From Octopus sinensis (taxonomy: Eukaryota): a DNA stretch of 64,000 bases. The notes under the pieces were generated by a model. It saw nothing but the letters and a program-made list of their open reading frames with translations. It was not told the origin of the DNA and did not search any database. Where the stretch lies: NCBI RefSeq assembly GCF_006345805.1, contig NC_043011.1, forward strand, positions 3,844,001 through 3,908,000, given 5' to 3'. The translations under genes were made by a program, and so were the position numbers. Below are positions 11,594 to 25,082 of this stretch, piece after piece (the first letter of the stretch is position 1; each line of letters begins with the position of its first letter).

Positions 11594-13599
11594 CTTGTTA
11601 TTTGTGTCTGTGTTTGTCCCACCACCGTCACTTGACAACTGATATTGGTGTGTTTATGTTTGCATCACTTAGTAAGTCATTGCTAATTTATATAAAAAGT
11701 GTATAACCAAAAGTCAATTAGATTTACTAATAGAAAAATAGAAAAAAAACAATATATTTATATGCCACATCAGCAAATTCCATCCAACCAATGCCAGTAT
11801 GGGAAAGTGGCCATTATGACATTATCCCATTGAAAACACTGGTTCTCATTCAATCACCAAAGTTAAGCAATGTTGAGCCTAGTGAGTACTTAGATGGGTG
11901 GTTGCTTGGAAAACCTAGGTTTTTTTGTAAATAGTAACAGCTGTACCCCAACATGGCTGAAACTTACAAGCTGCACCTAGTAAAGTAAATTAAAACAATG
12001 TTGATTCTGGTGCTAATTGTTATGTTGAAGTGCATCTTATTTCATCCAAAGGTATAACTTAACCAACTGATAAATAAAGACTGTTAAACTTAATCCTGTG
12101 GCCAATATTAGTGAGTAGGAAAAGGTGGAAAACTGGTTGAATTGTTAAGCACATGGAGCAAAATTCTTACCAGAGTTTCGTCTGTCCTTTTGTTCTGAGT
12201 TCAAATTCCACCAAGGTTGATCTTGCTTTTCATCCTTTCAGTGTTGATAAAATAAGCATCAGTTGATTATTGAGACCAATGTAACTGACTTACCCTCTTT
12301 CTTGACGTTGCTGGCCTTGTACTAAAATTTGAAATGAATATTAGTGACTAGAGAGACTAAGGGTTGTATATCAAATATTGTCACAGTCAAATGACTGAAA
12401 AAGGTAAAAGAATAAAAGAAAATTCATCTTTGAATATCTATTCTTCACTTCAGATAAACAATGGTGACCACAACATAAAGGGAATCACCTCTCAATTCTT
12501 AATACATCTTTGACATGACACACTTAATTGTTTTTTTGTTTTATTAATTGTTTTTGTTCTAATGGTTCATTCTTATGCTAAATAGATGTCTCTGAGTATA
12601 ACTATAGTGGCCATTGTCCAAATCAATTTCTTTTCTTGGATTTGCTTCTGTTGTCTATCACTATACATCATACCATTGTATTTCAATATCACCAAGAGAA
12701 TTTCTGCAAAAATTGCTCACTGAATAAATGGTAATTCTTGGTTTGAATTGATCAATGGGAATCGGCAGTTTTTTGTTTTGTTTTTTTAAATGATTGCTAT
12801 TATATATTATAATACCATTAATGTGTGTGTGTGTATGTATGTGTGTGTGTGTGTGTGTGTATGTGTGCCTATGCGTGTATCCATATGCATGTGTGAGCAT
12901 GTGTGTGTATTTGTATGTGTATGTCCATTAGATTCTGAATCAAGGCAACTGGTGAAAGAGAAGGAAAGAAAAGCAACGAGTGTGTGAGAGAAAGAGAGAC
13001 AGCATGAAAAAGGAAGATAGCCAATGAGCATAAGAGGATGTGCAAAACAGTAATAGATGAGCAGGAGGCTGGCAACTGATGAGAAAGAGAAAAAAAAAAG
13101 AAGCTGATTCAGAGAAAGACAAAGATAGAGAAAAAAGAAGAGAATGAGAGAGAGGAAGAGCAAGGAAGGCATTTGTCATACAGCAATTAGTATGTTGGCT
13201 TTTCTTAGTTGCAGACAAAACTGGCATTGAAATAAATCAAATACCATAGAATAATTTTAAAACTATATTGAAAATTTATATTAGAAAAATCTGATAGTAA
13301 AAAATATTATTCCTGGCTAATATTTGTTTGAAGATGGATTTGACCTGCGGATAGTGTCAGGACTAAAATAACAGTATTTGAGTGTTTGCCACGAAATAAA
13401 ATTACTTAAAAAAACAAGTCAACGGTTGGTATTAAGAAGGACATCCAATTGTAACATACTGACCTAAGAGGTTTCATCTAATCCATGTCAATAAGGAAAA
13501 AAGCAGACATGAAATTTAAAATAATAATAATAATAATAATAGTAATAATAATAATAACAATAATTATTATTATTATTGTTGTTATTGTTGTTGTTGTTA

Positions 13600-14150
13600 T
13601 TATTGAGTGAGAGAGCAGTGCATGCCATCAAAATGACACTGGGGTAAAATATACGAAGCCCAGTATACCCATCATGACTACCCGTCTGATAAGGGTACAC
13701 CAGGCACATGAGTCACAACCATATGTGCGCGACATGGTGATCTTATATCAAGATAAGCAGCACATGACCTTGCAGCTGGGGCCCAGTTAGAATTTTCTTT
13801 AGATCGAGTAACCCATCCCACTCAAAAGTTCCCTGAATAAGGGTTGTTTAAGGATGTTGAACGAAACACCCATGTTTCCAGAGGTGAATTATTCAAACCT
13901 CAAAGAATCCCCCTTAACACATGGCAATGATGCTCCCCAACTACTTCTGCTCATGATCAGAGATGCACATATTAAGTAAGGGACATGGTCAACTGGTTAA
14001 GGTCAAACAACTGACAAGCAAATCTGTGGTATTGAGCAGAATATTTGCTGTAGCCCATCTTTTATACCAACAAATGCACATGATAGCACTTCCAATCAGT
14101 TAAGATCAGAAGCCACGAGAGCCACTGCTTGGTACTGCATCAGGGCATTT
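13600..14150. repeat. Interspersed repeat of about 550 bp bounded by (ATT/TAA)n tracts
   Basis: Higher-complexity, higher-GC block between trinucleotide tracts; recalled as a common octopus repeat; class not determined. Confidence 0.45.
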
Positions 14151-14369
14151 ATTAATATTATTATTAATTATTATTATTACTATTATTATGACTTCAAATT
14201 TTGGCACAAGATCAACAATTTGTGGGGAAGAGATAAGTCAATTATATCGACCCCAAAATGATGAAAGGTAAAGTCAACTCCAGCAGCATTTGAACTCAGA
14301 ATGTAAAGTCAGCTTGGAAATGATTGCAAGCCCGCTGCCTTAATAACAATAATGATAATAATAATAGTC

Positions 14370-14600
14370 GACAGATATGACAGGTTAGCTTGGGAGGTTA
14401 AGCAGTTGTGGTCACTGAAAAAGGTGGTAGTACTACCAATAACTATCAGAGCACTGGGAACAGTGAGTAAAAATCTTGAGAAGTACATGGGACAAATAGG
14501 GGCTGCAATAAGGGTGGAGCACTTGTAAAAAACGGCACTGCTTGGAACAGCTCAAATACTTGAGATAGTGCTAAAAAAATAAGGAGTGTTACCTTAATTC
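14370..14600 (+). mobile_element. R4/Dong-type non-LTR element 3' end (REL endonuclease C-terminus)
   Basis: RYDRLAWEVKQLWSLKKVVVLPITIRALGTVSKNLEKYM..KTALLGTAQIL. Confidence 0.75.
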
Positions 14601-14854
14601 ACTGGTAGTGGACAGCTGACACCGTAGAACGTCTCCCATGTTAAAAGCTGTACAAAGACAATGAAATAATAAAGATAATAATAGTGACTACAATAATAAT
14701 GATTCCATTACTTTTTGTTGTGCTTTTTGTTTACATTCATCTTCTCCACATCTCACATTTTATCAATGTCTTTCTCATCGTCAAAGTTTTACAGTCACAC
14801 CATTCTAGAATTCTTGGAGGAATTATTAACAAATTTTTATCATTATGGTGCAGG

Positions 14855-15185
14855 CATGGCTATATAGTTTCAGGCTCAGTCCCACAACATAGCATACTAG
14901 GCAAATTTCTTCTGTTACAGAATGCCTTGTGAGTGAATTTAGTTGAAGGAAACTGTGTGGAAGCTTATCATATATATTCATGTGTGTATGTATGTTTGTC
15001 CCCATCACTACATGACACCCAGTGTTTATTTATTCCTGTAACTAAATGGTTCAGCAAAAGAGACTGATAGAGTAAGTACCAAATGTTGAAAAATAAGTAC
15101 TGGTGCCAATTTATGTGACTGAAACCTTTCAGAGCTGCGCCCCAACATGGCCAAAGAGCTATCAGTGAAACAAATAGAAAATAAA
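14855..15185 (+). mobile_element. SINE family A, diverged
   Basis: tRNA-like head, CTAGGCAAAT core, 3' CCCAACATGGCC..GAAACAAATAGAAA. Confidence 0.6.
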
Positions 15186-16912
15186 AGTATTAATATATTA
15201 TTTTCATATTTCTATTTTATCATTATCATCATCATTTTTATGTCCACTTTTCCATGCTGGCATGGGTTAGATGAAATGTTTTGTAACAGTGTTTTATAAA
15301 CAAATACCCTTCCTTACATGATCCTTTCAGTTGACTCATAGAATAGGCTCTAAAAACTGGGATAACACAAGTTGAAATAATCCAACGTACACAAGTTTTA
15401 TTTTTATTTTTAAGGTGTTCGTTGTTTTAGTTATTGTGGTAGTGATGGTGATTGTGATGTTAGGTGTTGATCAAATTGTAGAATATACCATTTCTTATTA
15501 TTACATCATACTTTCAGTTCTTAATCTCCCTCTCTCATACTCTTTCTTACTTTCAAATCATACTATGCTACCTTATCCCTTTATCAGTGTTAGATATGGA
15601 GTATTTTTTTTTCTTCAGGAACTAGTATTATAGAAATTGAGTGGGTGAGTTTTCTCATCTAACAATTTGACTTTATGTTTTTGATATTATTTTATTCTAT
15701 AATTTTTATTAGTAATGTTATTTCTTTAGTTACCTTGGTGTCTGTGTATCCCTCTCACTATCACCATTTCTTATTTTCTGGTTTGTTATTGATTGTTGTA
15801 GATACTGTCCTTATTTAGGACTATCATGCTATATAAAACATATCTTAATTGAGTAATATATGTTATTTTTATATTCATAACAATATAATTGTATTTATAA
15901 TAGCTTCACGATATACTTTGATAGTATCGCAGCTACAATGAATGTAGATACTCCAGGCTATAGACATATAAATAATTTTTTTTTTTTTCATTTATATATT
16001 TTATTTTAAACTGTCTTTCTATATTGTTGCGTTTAATAGTTAGAAAGTTTAAAACTATAATACTAGTAGTTTTCCAGGTACCGAACATGGTAGCCCAGTT
16101 GCTATGGGCTTATGATTTATTCATAAATCATTTTAGTTCTTTTATTCCATTTTGTTACTTGTTAGTACATCATGTACACTGCATAAACATATACATACCC
16201 ATAACCCATATATGACTTATAAATATTTACAACAGATTGCAAAATTATTAGCTGGCACCTACATTTCACTCAGGCCTGGGTCTATTACAGATGTTACATG
16301 CACATAAGAATGATACAAAGTAAGACTTTATAGTAATATAGTGCACACCAAATTTATAGTATGATTGGAAAATTAGTTGGAGGGACCAGTACTGTGCCAC
16401 AATGGTCAATGTAAAATCTTACATCTCATCATACTAACCAAATCAATGACTTGTCACAGAATTTGATCTTTTGTGAGAGTTAATATATCCTTACTATGGC
16501 TATTACTCAATATATCCTATCTGTCCTGCACATGAGTGAATAAAATTGTTTTGTTTTAATGCTGCTGTTTGAATGTTCAAATCTCACAGGATCCTGAATC
16601 TACAACTTGAAGCAAAAGTGAAATATTTGAACCTTTCATATATATATATTCAGAGCCGTTTGTTTCTCTTATATAATTTTTACATGATTCTTATGTAATA
16701 TGCAATGTTTTCCTTCTGGCAGCCAGTGTGTGGGTTATTACACAAAACTTGCAATCCATTTTACATAAATTTTTACAAAAAAATAATAAATTTGATGGAT
16801 CTACCTGTTTTATTCATGAATTTAATATTGCAAGTTTTCCATAAGATTTTCCTATATTAAGTTTCCCATAAGATTTTTCTCCCTCTTCCTCACCTTATGT
16901 GTATATATGTGT

Positions 16913-16943
<31 letters not shown>

Positions 16944-17040
16944 CATAGATAGATACATACATACATACACACATATTTATGTATATATATTCACATACAC
17001 ATGTAAGCATATATATAATCTTTATATTTATATATATCAA

Positions 17041-17080
<40 letters not shown>

Positions 17081-18170
17081 ATATGTATGTATATACATAC
17101 AATATTGCACTATTGAATGTAGCATCAAAACGCATGCTATCAAACTCTGCTTTTGTAAATATTTACTCTTAATTTTTATCTCAAACTACAATATTCTAAA
17201 CCTGTTACAATATAAAGGGCATTCTTTACTTGCAGCATTCTTTAATATGTTTTCTGTAGGACTTTTGTCACCAGAGAATCACAGAGTCTTTAGTAAGAAT
17301 AATTTTCCTCAAAAATTTCCTGATTTTTGCTGTATATGTCCTTTTAGTTTTGCGTCTCATATCAACTTAGAAATTTTTCAAATAACTAGAAACAAACTAC
17401 TTTCCAAACAACTAACTATGGTCTTCAAGAATTGTTGGTGAAATCAATTTCTCTTTTATTCCTTCTCTTTTCATCTGCCCATATATCTCAGTGTCTCTAT
17501 TATGGTGTTATGGTGTTGCAGTTCTATACACTTACGTCCGGCATCATTTCCCAACAGACTTTCTTCAAAAAATAAATATTTCTTCATTCTTTTAAGGCAT
17601 CCAGTCTATTGCTCAAGCAGAACGTTTCTTGGTTTGTTACACCAGTAAAAGTCCAAATCAGTCTATTGCCAGACTTACAGCAATATTTCTTTTTCAATTG
17701 TATCTGTTTTATTCTCTCTATCATATTAGTATACACTCCAGTTTCTACTATCTGTTCTGTTGTATTTATTGAAACATAACACAGTCTCATTGTACTGTAT
17801 TAATGTATAATAAGAACTGGACAGTATATACATGGTAAAATATGATACATGTTTGCTGGTAGTTGAACTACTTGCAGGAGATATACAGCAAGCATGATTG
17901 AAGATATGATAGATGAGGTAATGCAGGTTCCATACTCATTTTCTACATTATCCTCCTCTTTTATCCTTTCTCTTTTCCATCTTTTTTTCGCTTCCTTTCT
18001 CTCCCACAAATCACATTTACATATCCTGTTTCTTCTCTTCGTCATCTCTCCGCTTTCATTCCTTTTTCCTGTATTTAGATAATCTATAAGTTGATTATAT
18101 GTTATAGGTATGTCACTGAAACCTAATTCCTACAGGCAGACAGCATCTTAATGTATATAATCCCCACCAC

Positions 18171-18249
<79 letters not shown>

Positions 18250-18265
18250 TATATATATATTATAT

Positions 18266-18343
<78 letters not shown>

Positions 18344-18512
18344 TTATATATATATAAATGTGTATATATGTGTGTGTGTGTGTGTGTGAGTGCATCTGTA
18401 TATGTATGTATATGTATAAGAATGTTCCCATTCTCAAGTTTGCTCCACTGAGGATCATGGTTTACAGAAATACCTACCTGAAACTGTCATATGAATTTAA
18501 ATGTATACATTA

Positions 18513-18925
18513 GGCGCAGAAGTGGCTGTGTGATAAGTAGCTTGCTAACCAACTACATGGTTCCAGGTTCAGTCCCACTGCGTGACATCTTGGGCAAGAG
18601 TCTTCTGCTATAGCCCCGGGCCGACCAATGCCTTATGAGTGGATTTAGTAGACGGAAACTGAAAGAAGCCTGTCGTATATATGTATATATATATATGTAT
18701 GTGTGTGTATGTGTTTGTGTGTGTGTGTTTGTTCCCCTAGCATTGCTTGACAACCGATGCTGGTGTGTTTACGTCCCCGTCACTTAGCAGTTCAGCAAAA
18801 GAGACCGATAGAATAAGTACTGGGCTTACAAAGAATAAGTCCCAGGGTCGATTTGCTCGACTAAAGGTGGTGCTCCAGCATGGCCGCAGTCAAATGGCTG
18901 AAACCAGTAAAAGAGTAAAAGAGTA
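18513..18925 (+). mobile_element. SINE family A, full length
   Basis: GGCGCAGAAGTGGCTGTGTG (A box), GGTTCAGTCCC (B box), CTTGGGCAAG core, internal (TA/TG)n, (AAAGAGT)n tail. Confidence 0.85.
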
Positions 18926-19315
18926 TTACCTACAAACACATATGCTGATGTATGTGTGTGTGTGCGCACAGGCGTGTGTGTGTGCATGCGAGTGTATGAA
19001 CATATATATATGTATATATGTAATTTTCATTTATATTTTGTTTCTGGAATTTTTGTTTACAAAATTAACTAACCAGGACATTTCCTCCATTCATTTGTAG
19101 AGAGGTTATGTGCCTCCAGCTATTTGAGTCTTGATGCATCTCCTATTCTGCTAGGCACTTTATTGATGTGAACCTAATGGCCACACTTTGACTAACCGTA
19201 ACAAGCAACCTTCTAAATGTAGGAATATATATATTTATATATATATAGAAATACATATATAGGTATGAAACTAAGTATTAGTACTTTTCGGTCAATAATA
19301 TATATATATATATAT

Positions 19316-19372
19316 AAATTTAGCAATTAAGGACAACTACTTAATAAGTAGTTGTCCTTAATTGCTAAATTT
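19316..19372. repeat. Perfect palindrome, 28-bp arms with a 1-nt centre
   Basis: AAATTTAGCAATTAAGGACAACTACTTA-A-TAAGTAGTTGTCCTTAATTGCTAAATTT. Confidence 0.95.
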
Positions 19373-19534
19373 TTATTCCGAAAAAACTTTTCCTCTCCCG
19401 AAATGCAATTCGTAAAAGTTTGCCATTTACCCGGATGTAATATATGTAAACTCACCCATGTGCTTCATTGATGTTGATCAGTTAGCTGATCGGCTTAAGC
19501 GGGGCAGGGTCGTTGTTTATTTATAATACATTCA

Positions 19535-19580
19535 GGCCTGCTGATGATTACGTAAGTATGAAATCACTGTGATACAGGTC
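19535..19580 (+). ncRNA. Minimal type I hammerhead ribozyme with canonical core (Penelope-type)
   Basis: GGCCTG-CTGATGA-TTAC(GTAA)GTAT-GAAA-TCAC(T)GTGA-TA-CAGGTC; stem I 6 bp, quasi-palindromic stem III, AUA cleavage triplet. Confidence 0.8.
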
Positions 19581-20396
19581 TATATTTTTAAATGTCTTAC
19601 TTTGAAAAATTGCATTCGGTGGGATTAGTAATATTTTTGGTAGAAATGACTGATTGTCCCTCTTAGCATTTGGCATGTATGTATAATGCCTTCTGGCATG
19701 TATGTATAATGCCCTCTATATATAAATTATATATATATATATAGGTACAGGTGTGATTGTACAGTAAAAAGTTTGCTTCCAAATCTCATGGTTTTGGGAT
19801 CAGTCCCACTGTGGGGCACTTTGGGCAAATGCCTTCTTCTGTAGCTTCAGACTGACCAAAGCTTTGTAAATGTATTTGCAAGACAGAAACTGAAAGAAGC
19901 CCATCCTATGTGTGTTTGTGCATGCATGTGTACACATACAATGCATCTTATTTGGAAATTACAAGCATAGAACCCATAAAACCACGTAGTTATTTGTTGT
20001 CCTACAGGAAAGTTTGTTATTTTGATAAATAACTCTCTCTTTCTTGTTCTCTCTCACTCTCTCTCTCTCACTCACTCTGTCTCTCTATCTATCTATCTTT
20101 CTTTTTATCTATCTGTGTATCTATCTATGTGGCAGAGTGGAATAGCACAAGATAGAGAATGAGATACACGCACGAGGAGTGGGACATAGCGAGAGAAAGG
20201 GAGAAGGGAAGTGATGCAGATGATGGGGGTCATTTAATAACACACTTGAGCAGATAAGCGAATGTTTGCAAATATTTTCATGAGTAAACCCTGAAATCAA
20301 ATTCTATTAGATTGAATAATATGGTAGATTATGTAACAAGATCTCAGAATATATATAGTCAAGATTGGAAGGCTTTTTAACCATAAGTTTGCTTAA

Positions 20397-20617
20397 CCCT
20401 TTAGTGTTCACATTATTCTGCCAAAATTAATCCTTTTTGATTCACATTGTTTTAAACTAATCATGCATTATCTTGTAGCTATGAGATTTTGATGAGGTAA
20501 CTGTTAATTTTAAAGATGATATTGTAGGGTTGGTGTGAGAGACCAGATCTGGCCTGTTTGAACATAAAACAGGCAGAATACTTTTGGCCAGATATGGCCA
20601 GTTTAAATGCTAAAGGG
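20397..20617. mobile_element. piggyBac-type MITE
   Basis: TTAA|CCCTTTAGTGTT ... AATGCTAAAGGG|TTAA; a diverged inverted copy lies at about 21002-21195. Confidence 0.8.
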
Positions 20618-21225
20618 TTAATAGAACGGTTTTGGTGCTAAACAACAAGATAGCAAAACTGAAACCTGTGAAGGAGGATAAAATTAAAATAAAAACCTGA
20701 ACTGGAAACTGTTTCCAAATATAGAACCCTTTAACTACAACATTTATACATACCAACAATAACAAACGTCTGTATTTATACCCTGAAAGCATTAACAAAA
20801 ATGGAAGTCCTAACTTTGGAATGCTTTATTTTGTTTACCAGTACTCACAATAAAGCAGCTAACTAAAGAATTGAGCAAATTAGACATTTTGGGTGATAGA
20901 TGAACATTTTATTCTGCAAGAATTGATCACAATGACTGCACCTAAATAAATATGAAATTAGCAAATCACTCCATAACGATGTATTTTCTGTGGATTTGAA
21001 GCTTTAGCATTTTAACCTGCCTTATCCAACATGAATAGTCTACATGTTTTATGTTCAAATTGGCCAGATCCAGCCCCTCACACTTACCAACAATGACATT
21101 CTACTAATAAACAATTTCATCATCAAAACCTCAAGGCTTTATGATGATGCATGATAAATTCAAATCAATGTGAACAAATAACCCCTATATTTGACAGTCA
21201 TCTCAAGGCTTTTAGGGATAATATA

Positions 21226-22139
21226 TTAGATTGTCCAGAAAGTTCTGAGTGTTTTTAAGCAAAATCTTTTAACGCTTCATTGAACACAGCTGAAATGTAG
21301 CACAGTTAAAACTTTGGCAGTGCTTGTTTTTAGTATTGCTTGTTCTTCTTTGTTCCTGACTGAAAATAGATTTATCTTTATTGACATTTGAGGAGGCGCA
21401 ATGGCCCAGTGGTTAGGGCAGCGGACTCGCGGTCATAGGATCGCGGTTTTGATTCCCAGACCGGGCATTGTGAGTGTTTATTGAGCGAAAACACCTAAAG
21501 CTCCACAAGGCTCTGGCAGGGGATGGTGGTGATCCCTGCTGTACTCTTTCACCACAACTTTCTCTCACTCTTACTTCCTGTTTCTGTTGTACCTGTATTT
21601 CAAAGGGCCGGCATTGTCACTCTCTGCGTCATGCTGAATATCCCTGAGAACTACGTTAAGGGTACACGTGTCTGTGGAGTGCTCAGCCACTTACACATTA
21701 ATTTCATGAGCAGGCTGTTCCGTTGATTCGGATCAACCGGAGCCCTTGTCATCGTAACCGACGGAGTGCTTCCACCATTGACATTTGAAATGGATAACCA
21801 AAAATTTCATATGTGCATTGTAATGCTTTTCTTTTTTAAAAAAGGAGAACATGCTGCCAAGACATTTGTGAAGTTTATGGTGAATGATGCGCTAGGTGAA
21901 TCAACTGTTCAAAGCTGGTTTGCAAAATTTAAAGCTGGCGAGTTTAGTTTGGAAGATGACAGTTGCAGTGGAAGACCTTCAAAATTGGATAAATATGTTT
22001 TGAAGGCAAAAATCGAAGAAAACTCAAATATCATAACTAGAGAAATTTCAGAGAAGTTAGAGGTTTCTAAGAGTATAGTTCATGAAGTATATCCCTGTTT
22101 GCATATTACAAAACACTCAGAACTTTCCAGACAACCTAA
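21226..22139 (+). mobile_element. Internally deleted mariner with both TIRs, interrupted by a SINE
   Basis: TA|TTAGATTGTCCAGAAAGTTCTGAGTGTTTT ... AAAACACTCAGAACTTTCCAGACAACCTAA|TA; HTH peptide STVQSWFAKFKAGEFSLEDDSCSGRP. Confidence 0.9.
21392..21776 (+). mobile_element. tRNA-derived SINE family C with 12-bp TSD
   Basis: TGGCCCAGTGG A box, GGTTTTGATTCC B box; TSD ATTGACATTTGA at 21380-21391 and 21777-21788. Confidence 0.9.
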
Positions 22140-22145
22140 TATATA

Positions 22146-23414
22146 CTGGGATGGGACAAAATAATGGAAACACCTTAAAGTTTCAAACAAATTTATTTTA
22201 ATATGGTCTAGGACCACCTTTGGCAGTAATTACAGCTTGAATTCTACAAGGTATGCCCTCGTACAGAGTTTGAATTGTTTCCAAATGAATTTTTGTCCAT
22301 TCTTCAGTTAAAACAGTCTCTAGTTCTTGTAGTGATGATGGTGGAGGATATCGACTCCTTACCTGTTTTTCTAAAATGCACCATAAATGTTCGATAATAT
22401 TGAGATCTGGGGACTGTGGTGGCCATATAAGATGTTCAACTTCACTAGAATATTCCACGTGCCATTCAGTAACAACTTTAGCTGAGTAAATCTGTGCATT
22501 ATCATCCAAAAAGATTGCGTTTCCCTCTGGAAACAGTTCCACAAACATAGGATGAATTTGATCAGATATACTTAAATAGTCTTCACTATTAATTCTGCTA
22601 TGAAGGGAAACTATTATGCTGGTGGATTTCCAAGATATAACCCCCACCCCAGATGATCACAGATCCTCCTCTCTGTTTAACAGTTGGAAGAAGGCAGTCT
22701 GGGTCAAATGCTTCTTTTGGCTGTCTCCACATGTATACTCAGCCAGTGGTCGGAAATATGGTAAATATGTCCAAGAAAATACCATTCTTCCACTGCTCTA
22801 GGGACCAATTCCATAGGTTTTTACTTCACTCTAAATGCTTTGCAATATTTGTTTTTCAAAGTAGTGGTTTTCTGATTGCAACCCTCCCATGAAATCTGGC
22901 TTTGTGCAGCTCCTGGCAAACAATTTTTGTGGAAACTGGGTTCTCAGGGTGGTCATTAAGCTCTGCAGTAATTTTGAGAGCTGTACTTTTGTGATCCTTT
23001 CTAACAATTTGCATAAGAGTCCGACAATTCCTATCGGAAAGTTCTGGTTTTCTTCCAGAGTTTTGTTTCAACAAGGAGGTTTTTCCCTCTTTCTCAAAGG
23101 CTGTCATTACTTTTGATACAGTACATCCTGATACACCAAACATTTCAACTGTTTTAAGTGTGCTAGCACCTGTCATATGAGCACCAACAATTTGACCTCT
23201 TTGAAAATCTGCTAGGTCTGTCATTTTTATGAATTTTAATTACCTTTTACTGATGATATCTGAAAAGAAACAGCAATTTTAGCAAAACATATTAAGCAAC
23301 ACTAACAATAACTCAAAAAACATAGAAATAAACAAGCTCTTGATGGTTTTTTATATATTTCAAAATTATGATGCTATGATGCTAGGTGTTTCCATTATTT
23401 TGTCTAATCCCCTA
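22146..23414 (-). mobile_element. Tc1-family transposon, near full length, frameshifted transposase
   Basis: TIRs GACAAAATAATGGAAACACCT at both ends with TA flanks; peptides DFQRGQIVGA, AIRKPLL, FLDDNA, WPPQSPDLNIIEHLW. Confidence 0.92.
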
Positions 23415-23449
23415 TATATATCATCAAATTGAATAAGAAAACATTAAAA

Positions 23450-23600
23450 ACAGAAATAACAAAGCAACAAGAAGTTGTGTACATGGAATGTATTAGTTTG
23501 ACAGTCAGTAAAGGTGAAAAAAAGAGAGAGGGTTTTTGACGTTCTGAGCATAGCTTTTCATCAGAGAGGAAAATGGAAAAGTCCAGAGAAGGGAAAATAT
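23450..23600 (-). mobile_element. Penelope-type terminal remnant with decayed hammerhead
   Basis: Minus strand CTGATGA-A-AAGC(TAT)GCTC-AGAA-CG-TC-AAAAA at 23564-23533; GAAA is altered to AGAA. Confidence 0.5.
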
Positions 23601-23675
23601 CACCAACAGCACATGTGTGGTAAGATATGCCTTGTCAGCACACCAAATACTGTTTTATCATCTTTGAAAGATCCT

Positions 23676-24047
23676 CTCTTATAGGTGCTTAGTGCATAAA
23701 AGTACACACATAGATCGTAGCAAATGAGAATTGTCTGTCATGGGTGCCAGAATTTCCATATCACAGGATTTTGTTCTCATACCCTTTGGTATTAATACTA
23801 TTTCACACAATAATAATTAATTTTTAATAAACCTGCTGTCTATTTGCAATGTAAGTGTCTGAAAAGATACTAGTATTCTATATATTGTGGCAGTGAGATT
23901 TGACTGGCTTGTGGTAACTGGTACTTCCCACTAATGAAGTCCAGTAGACCAAAATTATGTGATGTGGAAATTCTGGTGCCCATGACAGACAATTCTCATC
24001 TCCTACAGTCTTTGTATGAGCTTTTATGCATCAGGCACATATAAGAG
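23676..24047. mobile_element. MITE with long imperfect inverted arms (about 95 bp)
   Basis: GAGAATTGTCTGTCATGGGTGCCAGAATTTCCATATCACA versus its inverse near 23958-23997; ends CTCTTATAGGTGC / GCACATATAAGAG. Confidence 0.7.
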
Positions 24048-24054
24048 ATCTCAA

Positions 24055-24280
24055 GGCTAACAATCTTTTCTACGCTTGGTACAAGGCCTGAAATTTGGGG
24101 GGAGGGGGGCAGTCGCTTAGATCGATCCCAGTACGCAACTGGTACTTAATTTATTGACCTCAAAAGGATGAAAGTCAAAGTCGACCTCGGCAGAATTTGA
24201 ACTCAGAACATAAAGACAGATGAAATACTGCTAAACATTTCACCTGGTGTGCTAATATTTCTGCCAGCTTGCCACCTTTC
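24055..24280 (-). mobile_element. SINE family B
   Basis: Same motifs as the 57.6-kb copy, reverse complemented. Confidence 0.8.
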
Positions 24281-24395
24281 TCAAGGTTAATAATGGAATA
24301 TTCAATGTTCTAAGAAGGCAGTGTTTGTTAAATTGGATATAATGATTACCTGTAGGTATTAATACTGTTTCCATCACTCATAATTTATTTATATA

Positions 24396-25082
24396 CTAGC
24401 TGAATTATCCGGTAATACCCGCAAAAGCAAGGGTTATTTCCAGTTCCCATTCCCATTACACTGTTTCATGTCCTATCCCATTCCCTGTCCAGTTCTCATT
24501 TTAGTTCCATTCCTATTTCTATCCCCAATCCTATGTCAATATATAAATTTTAGAGTCAGTTAAGTGCAATTAAACCATTAAATATTTTATTAACCTTTAT
24601 GGTAATAGTTTATTGCTAAAAATAGGTATTACAAACTATTAATATGATTAGTGGGTGACAAAGGAATATCCCTACATTATTTTAGCAAAGAAATATGCAT
24701 CAGAGTAAAATAAATTAGATAAATAGATAGATTTACAAATACATTGACAAATAGTCCATGTATTGTAGCTGGCATTGTCTCATGTCATAGCTTATCGTAG
24801 CTGATTTGTAAACATGTGCTACAGGCCCATTCCCTAGGGGACCCATTATAGATTTTTATTGAAATTCAGAATAACAAAATTGGATTTAATGTGAAAAATT
24901 ATTTCATATACCAAATTTGTAAATTTGACATAATTTTAAAATCTCACAATATGTGACAGCAACAGGGAGCACCCTACAAAAGTAGAGAGAGAGACAGCTA
25001 TAGGACGTGACACACACACCACACACACAAATTTACAGATGTACACACAGGTAATCACGAGTTTCAAATGGTATACAGTAGA
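24396..25082 (-). mobile_element. Non-autonomous Helitron-like element
   Basis: Minus strand starts TC and ends CTAG, inserted between A and T, with a degenerate subterminal hairpin; shares CCC..GGGG..ATTAYAGATTTTT with 25255-25420 and 59.7-60.5 kb. Confidence 0.55.

Noticed and set aside
17537-17790. In-frame TGA between open stretches (here and near 29517) as selenocysteine or readthrough
   Set aside because: No Sec/Cys motif, no SECIS and no homology; TGA is frequent in AT-rich DNA
18513-18600. tRNA genes at SINE heads
   Set aside because: A/B boxes are present but there is no complete cloverleaf, and each continues into a SINE body
23245-23275. Other CTGATGA hits (23250, 41545, 63106, minus strand near 8065)
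   Set aside because: No correctly placed stems or GAAA; most lie inside transposon ORFs or UTRs
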